A DNA stretch of 52,791 nt from Fibrobacterales bacterium (GCA_051532035.1 JAOPTW010000025.1:1-52791); one strand, 5' to 3'; positions 8,513-19,226 are shown, counted from the stretch's first letter. Numbers and translations: made by a program. Notes: a model not told the origin generated them from the sequence alone.

Positions 8513-10804
8513 ATGCTCTATACCAGTTTAATACTGCTTCTTACCATTGTATCATTATCGTGGGGACGCAGTGCAAGCCTCTACGGTACCGTAACTCACG
8601 CCCAAACAGGTAAACCCCTCACCAATATTCAACTCTATCTCTTACCCGAAGACAAAATTGACACCACTGATCAATTGGGGAATTACTCATTTAGTGATTG
8701 CACGAGCGGCCTCCATGAACTTCAAGTTTGGGGAGACAGCCTTGAGCCAATCCTTCTAGAAAATATTTCAATTAATCTTGGCCAAGACTATGAACAGGCA
8801 GTAACACTACACCCCTTTCACCATAGTAATGCAGATACTCAAACCGATACTCTCTCCATAACATCTAATGAGACTATGAAAGTTACGGCGTCAAAAACCC
8901 ATAAGCAAATGCGCCCAGGCAACAATGATTTTTCGAGTAAATACCAAGTATCACGCAGTGACATTCTGGATATGGCAGGTGATATGCAAGATGTAAACTA
9001 TTATATCAAGACACTCCCTGGCTCAAGTAACAGCGCAGATAACCTTTCTAATCTCAATGTTCGAGGTGGCGGATCCAATGAGAACGCATACCTTATTGAT
9101 GGCATCCCTATTTTTAATATTAACCATTTTGAAGACAACCAGCAAACGGGTGGAGGAATTAGCAACATCAACCCCCACTTTCTGTCGCGCATAGACTATA
9201 TGACTGGTGGATTCCCTGCACACTACCCCGACAAACTCTCTTCGGTCATGAATATTATTTTTAAAAAAGGTTCAACAACAAACCACAGTGGCAAACTCAC
9301 CTTTGACGCCGCAGGCGCTGGAGCAATGGTCGAAGGCCCTATCCCCTTTAGCAGCAAAAAAGCAAGTTATGGCGTGACCGTACGGAAAAGTGCACTTGAC
9401 CTTCTGCAAAACACCGGTATTATAAACTTCCCCGGCATACCTCGCTATCAAAACTTTCATATAAAAACAAACTATCGTTTCGAAAACTCTGAGCTTTCAC
9501 TTAACATACTGGGGGCTCAAGACGACTACGACGAACCTCTTGTATACAAACAAAAAGTCTACCCCGGCGATACAGTTATCCAACGCGATACGACAAAAAC
9601 ATTTTTTACTTCACATAACCTCTTTAGTTCTCTAAAGTGGACATCTTATTTAGATGATGGCCTCTTCAACATCTATGGCGCATGGAATACTCGAAACGTT
9701 GAGGAGAGATGGTGGCAAGACAGAGGGGTATATGTTACTACCCTCGACACCTTATTCAATTATCACAACATATTGAATGAGTCATCAGGAGGAAATCGCC
9801 TATTGTGGGGGAGTGACATTATCACAAACCTCACTGACAACCTCACTCTTCAAGGCGGAGTACTCAATCAATACAATTTAGTGAACGCCTCATTTGAAAA
9901 TGAAGTAACTGCTCAAGACTACACCCAAAAGTATGACCAAGGATTTTATGACATAGCCCTCTATGGCGAGGCGATCTACCGATTCTCAAGTACCGACATA
10001 ACAATGGGAGCAAGAACAACCTATGATGAATTCCTTAATACTACCGCAATCAGTCCCCACTATGGCATACAGTGGTACCCTACCAAAACAGTAACCCTTC
10101 GATCCGTTGGCGGAATCTACCATCAAAGCCCCGCAGTCTATTTTCAACAATCACCCAACCTCCCAATAGATTTTAGTGAAAGCATTCAGCAGGTATTCGG
10201 TATCGATTGGAACGCGTGGAACGCCTTAATATGTACATTTGAAACCTACGCTAAATTCAACAATGAAGTACATACTATTGAAGAGGCTATTTTTGACCGC
10301 TATACCAAGCGCACCTTTAGAATGATTGGAGTTGATGCGCATCTAAAAGGCACACTTCATAAAAGACTCAAAGCACAGGCAGGATTTTCCTATGCATACA
10401 ACAAAGAGAAACGGGCAGGAAAGTGGTACCCTTATGAGAGTTCCTTACCCTGGTCTCTCTCAGCTCATCTTTTGTGGAATCCATGGCGCACTCTCAAAAT
10501 AAGTACCCAATACTCAATGGCTGCCGGAAATTCTTATAGTAAATGGAATGAAGTCTTTTTAGAAGACCAAACAACAGGTGAAGCTACTATAAATGAGTCA
10601 CAGAGATTTGCATATCGCCGTGATGCCACCCATGCGCTCAACCTAAGCATTAATTACACCTGGAATTTTGAATCCACAAGTATTCAATCATTTATTGATA
10701 TTAAAAATATCTACAATCAAAAAAACATCTATACACAAGAAGAATTTAACTATCGCGAGGGATGGGGATTCTTTCCTGTAGGTGGCGTTGCGTTCAGCTT
10801 TTAA
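8513..10804 (+). CDS. TonB-dependent outer-membrane receptor with N-terminal carboxypeptidase-regulatory-like domain
   Basis: Signal peptide; LPG...NVRGGGSNENAYLIDGIP plug; GGFPAHYPDKLSSV; C-terminal Phe. Confidence 0.88.
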   Translation: MLYTSLILLLTIVSLSWGRSASLYGTVTHAQTGKPLTNIQLYLLPEDKIDTTDQLGNYSFSDCTSGLHELQVWGDSLEPILLENISINLGQDYEQAVTLHPFHHSNADTQTDTLSITSNETMKVTASKTHKQMRPGNNDFSSKYQVSRSDILDMAGDMQDVNYYIKTLPGSSNSADNLSNLNVRGGGSNENAYLIDGIPIFNINHFEDNQQTGGGISNINPHFLSRIDYMTGGFPAHYPDKLSSVMNIIFKKGSTTNHSGKLTFDAAGAGAMVEGPIPFSSKKASYGVTVRKSALDLLQNTGIINFPGIPRYQNFHIKTNYRFENSELSLNILGAQDDYDEPLVYKQKVYPGDTVIQRDTTKTFFTSHNLFSSLKWTSYLDDGLFNIYGAWNTRNVEERWWQDRGVYVTTLDTLFNYHNILNESSGGNRLLWGSDIITNLTDNLTLQGGVLNQYNLVNASFENEVTAQDYTQKYDQGFYDIALYGEAIYRFSSTDITMGARTTYDEFLNTTAISPHYGIQWYPTKTVTLRSVGGIYHQSPAVYFQQSPNLPIDFSESIQQVFGIDWNAWNALICTFETYAKFNNEVHTIEEAIFDRYTKRTFRMIGVDAHLKGTLHKRLKAQAGFSYAYNKEKRAGKWYPYESSLPWSLSAHLLWNPWRTLKISTQYSMAAGNSYSKWNEVFLEDQTTGEATINESQRFAYRRDATHALNLSINYTWNFESTSIQSFIDIKNIYNQKNIYTQEEFNYREGWGFFPVGGVAFSF

Positions 10805-11021
10805 GAGAACCTAGTAGACATACTATTTCTACCATATAGCATCAGGGGTTTTATTAAAAAAGACCCCTAACCGCACCCCCCACTGATTCAGAGCATCTAT
10901 CGAGGCAAACCTCTTATAAAGTGCAATATCAACCTTCCAAAATGTTACACCGAGAGAAAGAGTCTCACTCATCCCCCAGTTACATCACCTGCAGCGCCAA
11001 TCGTCAAATACTACCCAAATA

Positions 11022-11063
11022 TTGACACTAATCAAGGTACCCCACTCAAAATCAGTGTAAATT
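11022..11063 (+). promoter_or_regulatory. FNR/Crp-family box with class II -10 element
   Basis: TTGAC-ACTA-ATCAA (11022-11035), one mismatch from TTGAT-N4-ATCAA; TAAATT at 11058-11063 puts the box centre near -41.5. Confidence 0.65.
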
Positions 11064-11090
11064 TAAAGTCAGAACAATAATGAGATCCTT

Positions 11091-11870
11091 ATGAAAACAT
11101 ATCTTGAACAATATATAAAGCCCCTTATAGAAGAATACCCTGAAATTGGTACGATTCTAAACAACTACTCTGTCGGCTGTACCGATTGCAACGTGGGAAC
11201 CTGTAAATTGATCGATATTTTGGAAATTCATAATCTCGATTCTGCAACAAGTACAGCGCTAATCAATGAAATGGGAAAAATCATCTATGGCGACACCCCT
11301 TTTGAAATCCCTGTAATTGAAGAGAAGAAAGCAGTAAATAAAGAATCCTATTCGCCTGCAATTCGTAAAATGATGAACGAACACGTCTATATTAAAAAGG
11401 TTATCGCCGCTATTCCTCACCTTGTGGAAGAACTGAAAGTTAATTTTAGCGAAACGGTACCCGATATTGAAAAGGCAATAGATTTTATTCGCAATTATGC
11501 TGACGGCTATCACCACGCTAAAGAAGAAGATATTCTATTTGGTTTTTTTGATCCTGAGCTAGACATACTCAAAGTGATGTATACTGATCACGACACTGGT
11601 AGAAATTTTGTAAAAAACACAATCACCGCTATAGCAGAAAAAAATACACAAGGAATCGAAGAGCATCTATCAGGCTATGCAGCGCTTCTCACTGAGCATA
11701 TCAAAAAAGAGGATGAGATACTCTTCCCTTGGATGGATAGAACCCTTACGGATAAACAGATTGGTGAGCTCTATTCTCAGTGTGTTGCGGTAGACGCTAC
11801 CTTTGGTTCAAAACCTTTGGAATATGAAGATTTTGCAAGTCAGATGGAAAAGAGATTCTCACACAATTAG
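11091..11870 (+). CDS. Hemerythrin/HHE-domain protein with N-terminal Cys-rich domain
   Basis: MNEH, HHAKEEDILF, DH, EHIKKEDEILF; N-terminal GCTDCNVGTC. Confidence 0.85.
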   Translation: MKTYLEQYIKPLIEEYPEIGTILNNYSVGCTDCNVGTCKLIDILEIHNLDSATSTALINEMGKIIYGDTPFEIPVIEEKKAVNKESYSPAIRKMMNEHVYIKKVIAAIPHLVEELKVNFSETVPDIEKAIDFIRNYADGYHHAKEEDILFGFFDPELDILKVMYTDHDTGRNFVKNTITAIAEKNTQGIEEHLSGYAALLTEHIKKEDEILFPWMDRTLTDKQIGELYSQCVAVDATFGSKPLEYEDFASQMEKRFSHN

Positions 11871-11914
11871 ATACAAAAAATGCCCGAGAAGATCTGGGGA
11901 ACTCCATCGGGCAT
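11871..11914 (-). terminator. Intrinsic terminator between convergent genes
   Basis: A-tract then ATGCCCGA...TCGGGCAT. Confidence 0.55.
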
Positions 11915-11997
11915 CTTGTATTGATAATGAATCTGCACTAATTACTGGGGGTTATATTAGCGCAGACACCTATCAAAATCTATGTATTGTATATCAA

Positions 11998-13728
11998 CTA
12001 TAATTCCAATGCATTAAAATTTATTTGTTCACGCCAACTACCTGTTGGCCCATAATCCCCACTCGCACCTTCGAGTTTTCCATCTTTTTGATTCCCCGAC
12101 CGGTCCTCTACCCTAAACACATCATTAGCCACATAATCAAAATCATAACTTACAATAAGATCACTGTTATAATCCAACTGTTCTGTAACACTATACAGGT
12201 GGGCCTCTATTTCCGCTGCCGTGCGAACCCTATTCCAGATACGTACGTTGTCTACTCTACCATCAAAATGACCATCGGAATAAACGGCACTTTTGCCAAT
12301 ATAATTCACATAACGATCTACACTTTCAGGAACCACCTTACTACCCACATCAACACTTTTTCTTAATATGCCATTGATATACATTGATACTGTCCCTAAA
12401 GTTGATACTGAGACCGCTACATGAGTCCACTGCCCTTTTACAAACGCAGAATCAAGAGACGTTCCGGACCAATCCCCTGCACTAGTACCGCTATTAGCAT
12501 TAAGTACATTAAACTTAAGAGGATTATTATTTCCACTCTTCACACCCAACCCTAGCACTACGGTAAACTTATGCATTCCATTTGAAAGATGTACAATGGG
12601 AGCATGATCTTCAAAGGTATCCCATATGACCCATGCCTCAATGGTCATACCTTGGCTTTCCCAATCATCATTAAAATGAGGAAGTCTAACATAACTCGAC
12701 GCATAGATATTTATAACTTCTGTTTCATCAACAAAAACTGATGATGAACTCTGTGATGAAGATAATTCCTGAGATGACAATTCTACCGAAGACGACTCTA
12801 TACTCGAAAGGCTCACACTACTCGAAGAGAGTGCGACCATTGATGATGAACTCGAAATAGAAACAGATGAAGAGGATACAAGTACCACAGCACTTGATGA
12901 GAGAGCCACTGAACTCACACTTACAATTGAACTTTCTTCACCAGACGAAGATTCTACTATAGAGGAGGACACCCCTACTACCGTATCAACGGTAATGGTT
13001 GAACTTACAAGAGTAGCACTACTCAACAAATCAGTTACAGAAGACAACTCAGTACTTGTAGTATCGACAATTATGCTTGAAGAGAAAATAGATGTTTGAG
13101 ACGACAAGCTCACCTCTTCTAATGAAGAGGCGGCTAGGGACCATGCATGTGAGCTCATCGTACTCAAAACATCTGAGGGGACATTACTGCTTCGATCACC
13201 GACAGGTGTCTGCATAGCAGAAGATTGTACTGCATCATTTTGAGCAAATTGGTTTGCGATACTTTGAAAGGCCGCTACCGAAGTAAGCTCCTCCGTTTTA
13301 AAATTTTCAAGCAACTCTTTTAAAAGAGTATACTCTGCCACAAGAACAGAATCACTTTGTGTTGAAACAAGTGAAAGTGCCTCAGTGTTATACAACTCTA
13401 AAGAATCTACCGTTGACTGAAACTGTATTATCTCCACATTGAGTTTCTCAACACGTTCTCCAAGCGCACTTTCAAATACTGCATGACGACTGGGGTCCGT
13501 TTCTTTTGACAGCGCTTGACCTATAAGTATTAATGTATCAGTCAAGAGCTCTATTTCGTTCAAGGTAATTGTAAGATTTTCAATATCCGGATGAGTCTCT
13601 ATTGATTCGACCTCATCAACTTCAGCAATGAGCACAGCATCAGTATCACCACAACAAACTACCATGAGGGAGAAACTGATAATCCCCATCATTTTAATTA
13701 CATGCTGTATTGCGACTACTTGATACAT
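11998..13728 (-). CDS. LamG/concanavalin-A-like lectin domain lipoprotein with helical N-domain and Ser-rich linker (paralog 1)
   Basis: SLMVVCC lipobox-like; MTIEAWV, GQWTHVAVS, MYING, FDGRVDNVRIWNRVRT; start uncertain. Confidence 0.8.
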   Translation of the reverse strand: MYQVVAIQHVIKMMGIISFSLMVVCCGDTDAVLIAEVDEVESIETHPDIENLTITLNEIELLTDTLILIGQALSKETDPSRHAVFESALGERVEKLNVEIIQFQSTVDSLELYNTEALSLVSTQSDSVLVAEYTLLKELLENFKTEELTSVAAFQSIANQFAQNDAVQSSAMQTPVGDRSSNVPSDVLSTMSSHAWSLAASSLEEVSLSSQTSIFSSSIIVDTTSTELSSVTDLLSSATLVSSTITVDTVVGVSSSIVESSSGEESSIVSVSSVALSSSAVVLVSSSSVSISSSSSMVALSSSSVSLSSIESSSVELSSQELSSSQSSSSVFVDETEVINIYASSYVRLPHFNDDWESQGMTIEAWVIWDTFEDHAPIVHLSNGMHKFTVVLGLGVKSGNNNPLKFNVLNANSGTSAGDWSGTSLDSAFVKGQWTHVAVSVSTLGTVSMYINGILRKSVDVGSKVVPESVDRYVNYIGKSAVYSDGHFDGRVDNVRIWNRVRTAAEIEAHLYSVTEQLDYNSDLIVSYDFDYVANDVFRVEDRSGNQKDGKLEGASGDYGPTGSWREQINFNALEL

Positions 13729-14099
13729 ACATTCCCCAATGGAACTATTAGATTTCTGAATTTCAGAAGTCTCCATTCTAATAGTTTGCGCCCGAGTGCT
13801 ATTTACTTTGTGTGTGTGTGTTTGAATAGCTGCACATGGAGTACACCTAATCACTTTCCCGGTCTAAAGGTATATTAATTTTTATTATTACTCACCAAAT
13901 TTTACATTATTAATACCACGACTAGCGAGTCACCTCAATTTTTGGCGATACTACACCCCATTTAACACTCAGTAAAGTAATATTTTACAATATACACATA
14001 TATACATCCTAAAATAATTAAATACTTTACTCACTAAATTAGAACATAACACAAACATAACCCAACCACTATAGCACACCATCTTTCATTTTGTTCCAT

Positions 14100-14125
14100 A
14101 AAAAAAGGGAGTATTACTACTCCCT
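14100..14125 (-). terminator. Intrinsic terminator of GH31 gene
   Basis: AGGGAGTA-TTAC-TACTCCCT with U-tract on minus strand. Confidence 0.75.
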
Positions 14126-14163
14126 GACCTGACTATAGGTACGACTACCACACATGTAAAATG

Positions 14164-16389
14164 CTATTTAAAGCGATAATAAAGCACCTGCCCATAGACA
14201 GGGAGACCAACATTTACAGCGCCAGCCACCCCCACATGGCGCGACACCATCTCACCAGAAAGACTATAGAATTGCAACTCTTGAGCCCCCAAAGGCACCG
14301 CCATCTTTTCACCTACACCACCAACAACAATACCATCTTTCAATGACTCACCAAAAACCTCATACTGCAACGGTGAAGGCAACGCACTTGAATCCCCCTC
14401 TCCTGACTCATCATCGCTCGAATCATCTGCATCACTACTCGAATCACCTGCACCACTACTCTCTACGTCCACTACATCACTACTCTCACTCATACCCTCA
14501 TCACTCGAAACCACCTCAACGGATGATGAACCTTCAACAGAGACACGGTACTCTCCTGCAACACAAACAACTGAATGCTCACGCTCCACCGAAACCTCAA
14601 TTCTCGCATAGAGCACGCCGCGCTCACTATCAATTGACCACAACCCCGCAGACCCACCCTCACCAAGGAGCCTCGTATAATCCCCCACATACTTCAACGA
14701 ATCATCATTGTGGAGCACCGCAACATAGTTTGTATCAAGAAGATTAATTTTTACGATATAATTACGAGATTCTGGTTTCCCAGCATACTCCCCTATACTC
14801 GCCCCAATGGTCACGGCAATCTCACCAGACCCTTTAGATATACTAAATATCGTTTGAGCATACTCATCACGGGTATATCCATTTGACTCACCATCATCAT
14901 CATACATTGTAAATGAAGTTTTTCCTGCTTGCTTAGGATACACATCAAGAGTAAGAGGGTCAGGATGAATTGCAAGATCAATATTATAAGCCTCTGGGCC
15001 CATGGGAATTATCGAACCACGCTTCACAAACAACGGAATATGCCTATCGTTTGATTCGCTTACATCATAATTAACAATGGATCCCCCTGCAAAAATTGTA
15101 TGATCCCAGTAATCAACCCATTCTTCACCTTCAGGAAGCCACACCGGCATTTTTTCATCCGACCAATCAGCGCGTTTTTTATAGACCGGAGCAACCAGAA
15201 ACTCTTCACCAAACATATAAGAATACCGAATATCATCACGCTGCCCCGGATAAGCCAACTTAAAAGGACGAGTCAGCGGCATCGCCTTGTCATAAATATC
15301 CCACACATAGGTATAGATATAGGGCAGAAGCCTATAACGCAACATCCGAGAAAAATGAGAATTCTCTTCAACGTTATCACCCCACGACCATACATCGCGA
15401 TCAACCCCCGCACCATGATTACGGGTAAAAGGAGAAAAATCTGCATGCTGTATCCAGCGATTTGCAAGCTCAGGATCCTCTCCCCGCAAATGCCCCGGGC
15501 AATCTGCATGAACGTAGGACCATCCACCCATTGAACCATCTTCACTATAGACTGTCGCGTCAATCGCCTCCTGAAGCCCTTCCCAGCTCCCATCATTATC
15601 ACCAGTCCAGTGCATCGGCATTGACTTCTCTATTTCATCTTCATTGGGAGCCTTTAACTCCCCCATATCTCCCCATTTATCAGGACTCTCATAATTCATT
15701 CGGTTGGGCCGCATATAGTGACGCGCCATAAAGATTCGACGCTTATCATCACCCCACACCTCTCGAAGCAAGTCCCACACTTGTGATTCATAATCTGAAC
15801 CACCTGTCCAAAAATCAAGCCACACAACATCAACACCCCACTCGAGATGCTCACGCATTTTTTCAAGCCAATCATACCCAAAACCACCGGAGTGATAATT
15901 AAGTACTACCTTAAACCCCATAGCGTGGAGAGAGTCAATCATCTTTTCGGGATCAGGGAACCGCTCATAACTCCATTCCATATTTTTAAGGTCATTATCC
16001 CAACCCCACTCTTTATTATTCCAAAACATATCCAGCACCATAACATCAGCAGGGTGCTTGTGATCACCATACTGGTTATCTATACCACGAAGGGCTTCCG
16101 CATGATCAATAAAGGAACCTTGATACCCATAACCATTATCCTCACCCCAATACGATTGCCAAAAACCAAGAGACCACTTGGGTATCATCGGTTCAGTATG
16201 CGGATCATTCAAATTAATCACAGGGTTAATACTCCCCTGCTCAACCATCTCTATATCATCAGTGGATTGTTCATCGCCATATTTTGGCTTATAAGTATCA
16301 TCAGCTGCAAACAGCGCTGTAGTGATAATACATACAGAAAGTGCAGATTTGATACATACACCTAAACTATTCTTCTTTAGAAATTTCAT
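14164..16389 (-). CDS. Secreted glycoside hydrolase family 31 with Ser/Asp-rich linker and C-terminal sorting-like tail
   Basis: PKWSLGFWQS, DVMVLDMFW, RFPDP, WLDFW (nucleophile region), HWTGDN (acid/base), LRYRLLPYIYT, YMFGEEFLVAPV, PLFVKRGSIIP, YDDDG. Confidence 0.88.
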   Translation of the reverse strand: MKFLKKNSLGVCIKSALSVCIITTALFAADDTYKPKYGDEQSTDDIEMVEQGSINPVINLNDPHTEPMIPKWSLGFWQSYWGEDNGYGYQGSFIDHAEALRGIDNQYGDHKHPADVMVLDMFWNNKEWGWDNDLKNMEWSYERFPDPEKMIDSLHAMGFKVVLNYHSGGFGYDWLEKMREHLEWGVDVVWLDFWTGGSDYESQVWDLLREVWGDDKRRIFMARHYMRPNRMNYESPDKWGDMGELKAPNEDEIEKSMPMHWTGDNDGSWEGLQEAIDATVYSEDGSMGGWSYVHADCPGHLRGEDPELANRWIQHADFSPFTRNHGAGVDRDVWSWGDNVEENSHFSRMLRYRLLPYIYTYVWDIYDKAMPLTRPFKLAYPGQRDDIRYSYMFGEEFLVAPVYKKRADWSDEKMPVWLPEGEEWVDYWDHTIFAGGSIVNYDVSESNDRHIPLFVKRGSIIPMGPEAYNIDLAIHPDPLTLDVYPKQAGKTSFTMYDDDGESNGYTRDEYAQTIFSISKGSGEIAVTIGASIGEYAGKPESRNYIVKINLLDTNYVAVLHNDDSLKYVGDYTRLLGEGGSAGLWSIDSERGVLYARIEVSVEREHSVVCVAGEYRVSVEGSSSVEVVSSDEGMSESSDVVDVESSGAGDSSSDADDSSDDESGEGDSSALPSPLQYEVFGESLKDGIVVGGVGEKMAVPLGAQELQFYSLSGEMVSRHVGVAGAVNVGLPVYGQVLYYRFK

Positions 16390-16857
16390 TAGAGCCCTCT
16401 GTAAATTTGTGCGCAAGCCCCAGCAATCGCTATTGTCGCCAAAAATAATCTCTTGTATACAGATCTACAACGAATATTGAGAACCTACCAATCAATCATA
16501 TTTGTAGCGGCAACAATTTCAAAACACCTATTCAATTCTTAGAACTGATTTCAGTCTACACTATTTTATTGTGCACCACTATTACTATCCACCTTTTAAA
16601 GGCGAACAATTTAAACTATAGACATTTGTATTATATAGGATGGGAGCACCTCAATGAAAACAATAGATGCACACCCAAAAAACAGGATCATTTAAATATT
16701 AGTCAACAAAAGTGTATACACTTGCACAAAAATTTTCACACGAATAATATCGAGGGCACGGCTCTTAACCCACCACGACTGCAAATATTCAGAATAGCCA
16801 CCAAAGAGCAAGGCATCATTTTTTGAAAAACGTTAATACTATATAATGGATTAAAGT

Positions 16858-18420
16858 TTATCTCTGTCTAAAATCAACTTGAGGGTGCCAATTACCTAAA
16901 TACCCTAATGCACCGGTCATCCCCCTCAAGTTTCCATACGTATTTTTACCTGATTTATCCTGCACCTTTAGCGGACCATAAGGATCATATTCAAAATCAT
17001 AACTCAAAAGTAATCCAGATGTGTCCTCTAATAACTCTGTGGTATGATAGAGGTTATCCACTATTTCATCTGCGGTCCGGGCACGATTCCAAATACGGAC
17101 ATTATCCATACGCCCATAAAAATGACCATCTAAGGGCTCTTCACTTTTCCCAAGGTAATTAACCCAACGCGCAGTATTTACCGGCACAGCCTTGCGCCCA
17201 CTTTCAGTCCGCACTTTCTCTTCTCCATCTATATAAAAAGAAGCCACACCATTCGGAGTTACTGTTATTGCTACATGGCTCCATTTATGAGGAACAAAAA
17301 CACTATCGAGACTCAAGCCCCCCCATGACCCTTCATCAGTACCATCTTTTGCATTGCACACCGTATACTGCAATTTGTAATTTGATCCTTCAATGACAAC
17401 ACCAAGGGCTATCATATAGTTATTATATTGCCCATTAGAAAGATGGATAAGGTGCGCATATTGCTCTATCTTATCCCATTCAACCCAAAGTTCCATAGTA
17501 AGTCCATTACCCTGGAAGTCAGCATTCACACCATTCTCAATCTGCACGTACTCATTTGATGCTTTGACATTCAACACTTCTGTAGTATCAGCCAATACCG
17601 ATGGCGTAACGAATGAATTATTTTCTGATGACGATGCCCCCTTAGACTCTGCTGATTCCACCAAGGTCGATGAACTCACCTCACGTCCTGTGGAGTACCG
17701 TTCTTCGGAAGAAATACTCGCCTCCATTGCGTCACTAGAGACAACAGCCAACTCATCACTCACCCCCACCGACTCACTACTTGAACTCAATTTCTCACCA
17801 TGGGAATACACCGCAACAACTGAAGACTCTTCTATACTTGGAGGCAAGGTTACCATAGATAAACCCGTTTGATCACTACTACTCAACTCTAATACCCTCT
17901 CGCCCTCGCGATCTCCCTCTTCTAACAGGAGATGGGCAATATTATTATCAATCACCTGAAGGATTTCTGTTTTAGTGTGGGTCAAATGGTCAATTTCTTG
18001 GCGCACAGATGCAGCACTATCTGTTTCATTAATAGACTCATAATAGTCGATCTTTTTTTCAGAGTCGACAACAATAGAATCATACACTCTTACAAAGTCA
18101 TCAATCTGAATATTAAGAAGGTCAACCTTTTTACCAAGAGCCTTTTCAAAAGCTTTTATACGGACCGAATCCGTTTCATTGTTTAATACTGAATTAACCC
18201 GGTTTATAGTATCAGTCAATGCTATCAGAGCATTGACTCTCGGGTTTAATGAATTTTGAGATTCTTCTTCCGCTATGTCATCTTCAAATTCTTCGAATGA
18301 TAAAGGTTCGAGCGATTTCGTACACTGCATCAAACTCATTAAACATAATAGAGTGAATAAAAGTTTTCTGCTGATCTGCCCAACTAAATTGTACGTTAAG
18401 AAATACATTGTCTGCCCCAT
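16858..18420 (-). CDS. LamG/concanavalin-A-like lectin domain lipoprotein (paralog 2)
   Basis: SLMQC lipobox-like; LTMELWV, KWSHVAIT, FYIDG, FYGRMDNVRIWNRART; aligns with 11998-13728. Confidence 0.8.
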   Translation of the reverse strand: MGQTMYFLTYNLVGQISRKLLFTLLCLMSLMQCTKSLEPLSFEEFEDDIAEEESQNSLNPRVNALIALTDTINRVNSVLNNETDSVRIKAFEKALGKKVDLLNIQIDDFVRVYDSIVVDSEKKIDYYESINETDSAASVRQEIDHLTHTKTEILQVIDNNIAHLLLEEGDREGERVLELSSSDQTGLSMVTLPPSIEESSVVAVYSHGEKLSSSSESVGVSDELAVVSSDAMEASISSEERYSTGREVSSSTLVESAESKGASSSENNSFVTPSVLADTTEVLNVKASNEYVQIENGVNADFQGNGLTMELWVEWDKIEQYAHLIHLSNGQYNNYMIALGVVIEGSNYKLQYTVCNAKDGTDEGSWGGLSLDSVFVPHKWSHVAITVTPNGVASFYIDGEEKVRTESGRKAVPVNTARWVNYLGKSEEPLDGHFYGRMDNVRIWNRARTADEIVDNLYHTTELLEDTSGLLLSYDFEYDPYGPLKVQDKSGKNTYGNLRGMTGALGYLGNWHPQVDFRQR

Positions 18421-18883
18421 TTATAAAGTATCAAAAGAATGCCACTATTGTTTGACATTCACAATACCTGCTGTGTCCCCGTTCCATAGATGCATCTTGA
18501 ATATATACCTGATCATATCTCCGGTATTCTTCTTGATTTTCTACAAATTTTCATCTCACTCGATAAGTTCATTACCGAACATCGGCAAACATAGCAAACA
18601 GCACGAAGCAACTCACCCACTTTACGTACATTTTACATATAGACTCCATTTATCTCTGTAGTCGGTTGTACTTTTTGAGCCTTTATAACTGCATTTGATC
18701 CGTCTTATAACCCTTTTATTTCTAACCCACTTGTACCATTTCGCATTTCGTCAACAAATGTCAACAACAATACCCCCAAATATCTTTTATAACGATCTTA
18801 TAAGAAAATTATAAGATAATTTTATCCCACACACACATTTGATAGTGTCAACACTTAAGTGACACATATAGTCGGGGGACAAA

Positions 18884-19027
18884 ATGAAAGGGATAGAATT
18901 TATACTCAGTGGCATAACAAGCATACTATTGGTCAGTTTTTCAATTCATGAGTTTTCACAAGCAGGTAATTACACAATAGAATTGATCAGCGCAAATGAC
19001 CTATTTTGTGAAGAGGTACCACAATGA
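18884..19027 (+). CDS. Putative 47-aa small protein with hydrophobic N-terminus (absent from ORF track)
   Basis: MKGIEFILSGITSILLVSFSIHEFSQAGNYTIELISANDLFCEEVPQ; preceded by GTCGGGGGACA, identical to the RBS region of the 25987 gene. Confidence 0.45.
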   Translation: MKGIEFILSGITSILLVSFSIHEFSQAGNYTIELISANDLFCEEVPQ

Positions 19028-19189
19028 GAGTAATAGAATACGACATAACAGAAACAGAAGCGGGATACTCAATGCGGAAGCATCGATAAGCTTATAGCGA
19101 GAACAGAACAAAGGAACCAAAAACACCTGAGATTATTTTGAATGCCCAAGCAGATATTTCATTAGAATAAACTCTTTGAATATCTGCGG

Positions 19190-19226
19190 AAAGAGCCAAT
19201 AGCGGGACACCTATTGGCTCTTTTTT
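19190..19226 (+). terminator. Intrinsic terminator upstream of thrC
   Basis: AAGAGCCAATAG-CGGGACAC-CTATTGGCTCTT followed by T-tract. Confidence 0.85.

Noticed and set aside
12740..13130. Tandem repeat or CRISPR-like array in Ser-rich regions
   Set aside because: Low-complexity coding sequence without fixed-length repeats or spacers
16569..16826. 85-aa intergenic ORF
   Set aside because: TTG start, no RBS or motifs, lies in the AT-rich upstream region of GH31
19024..19226. Threonine attenuator upstream of thrC
   Set aside because: The short ORF has only scattered Thr/Ile codons, no tandem run, and I found no antiterminator pairing
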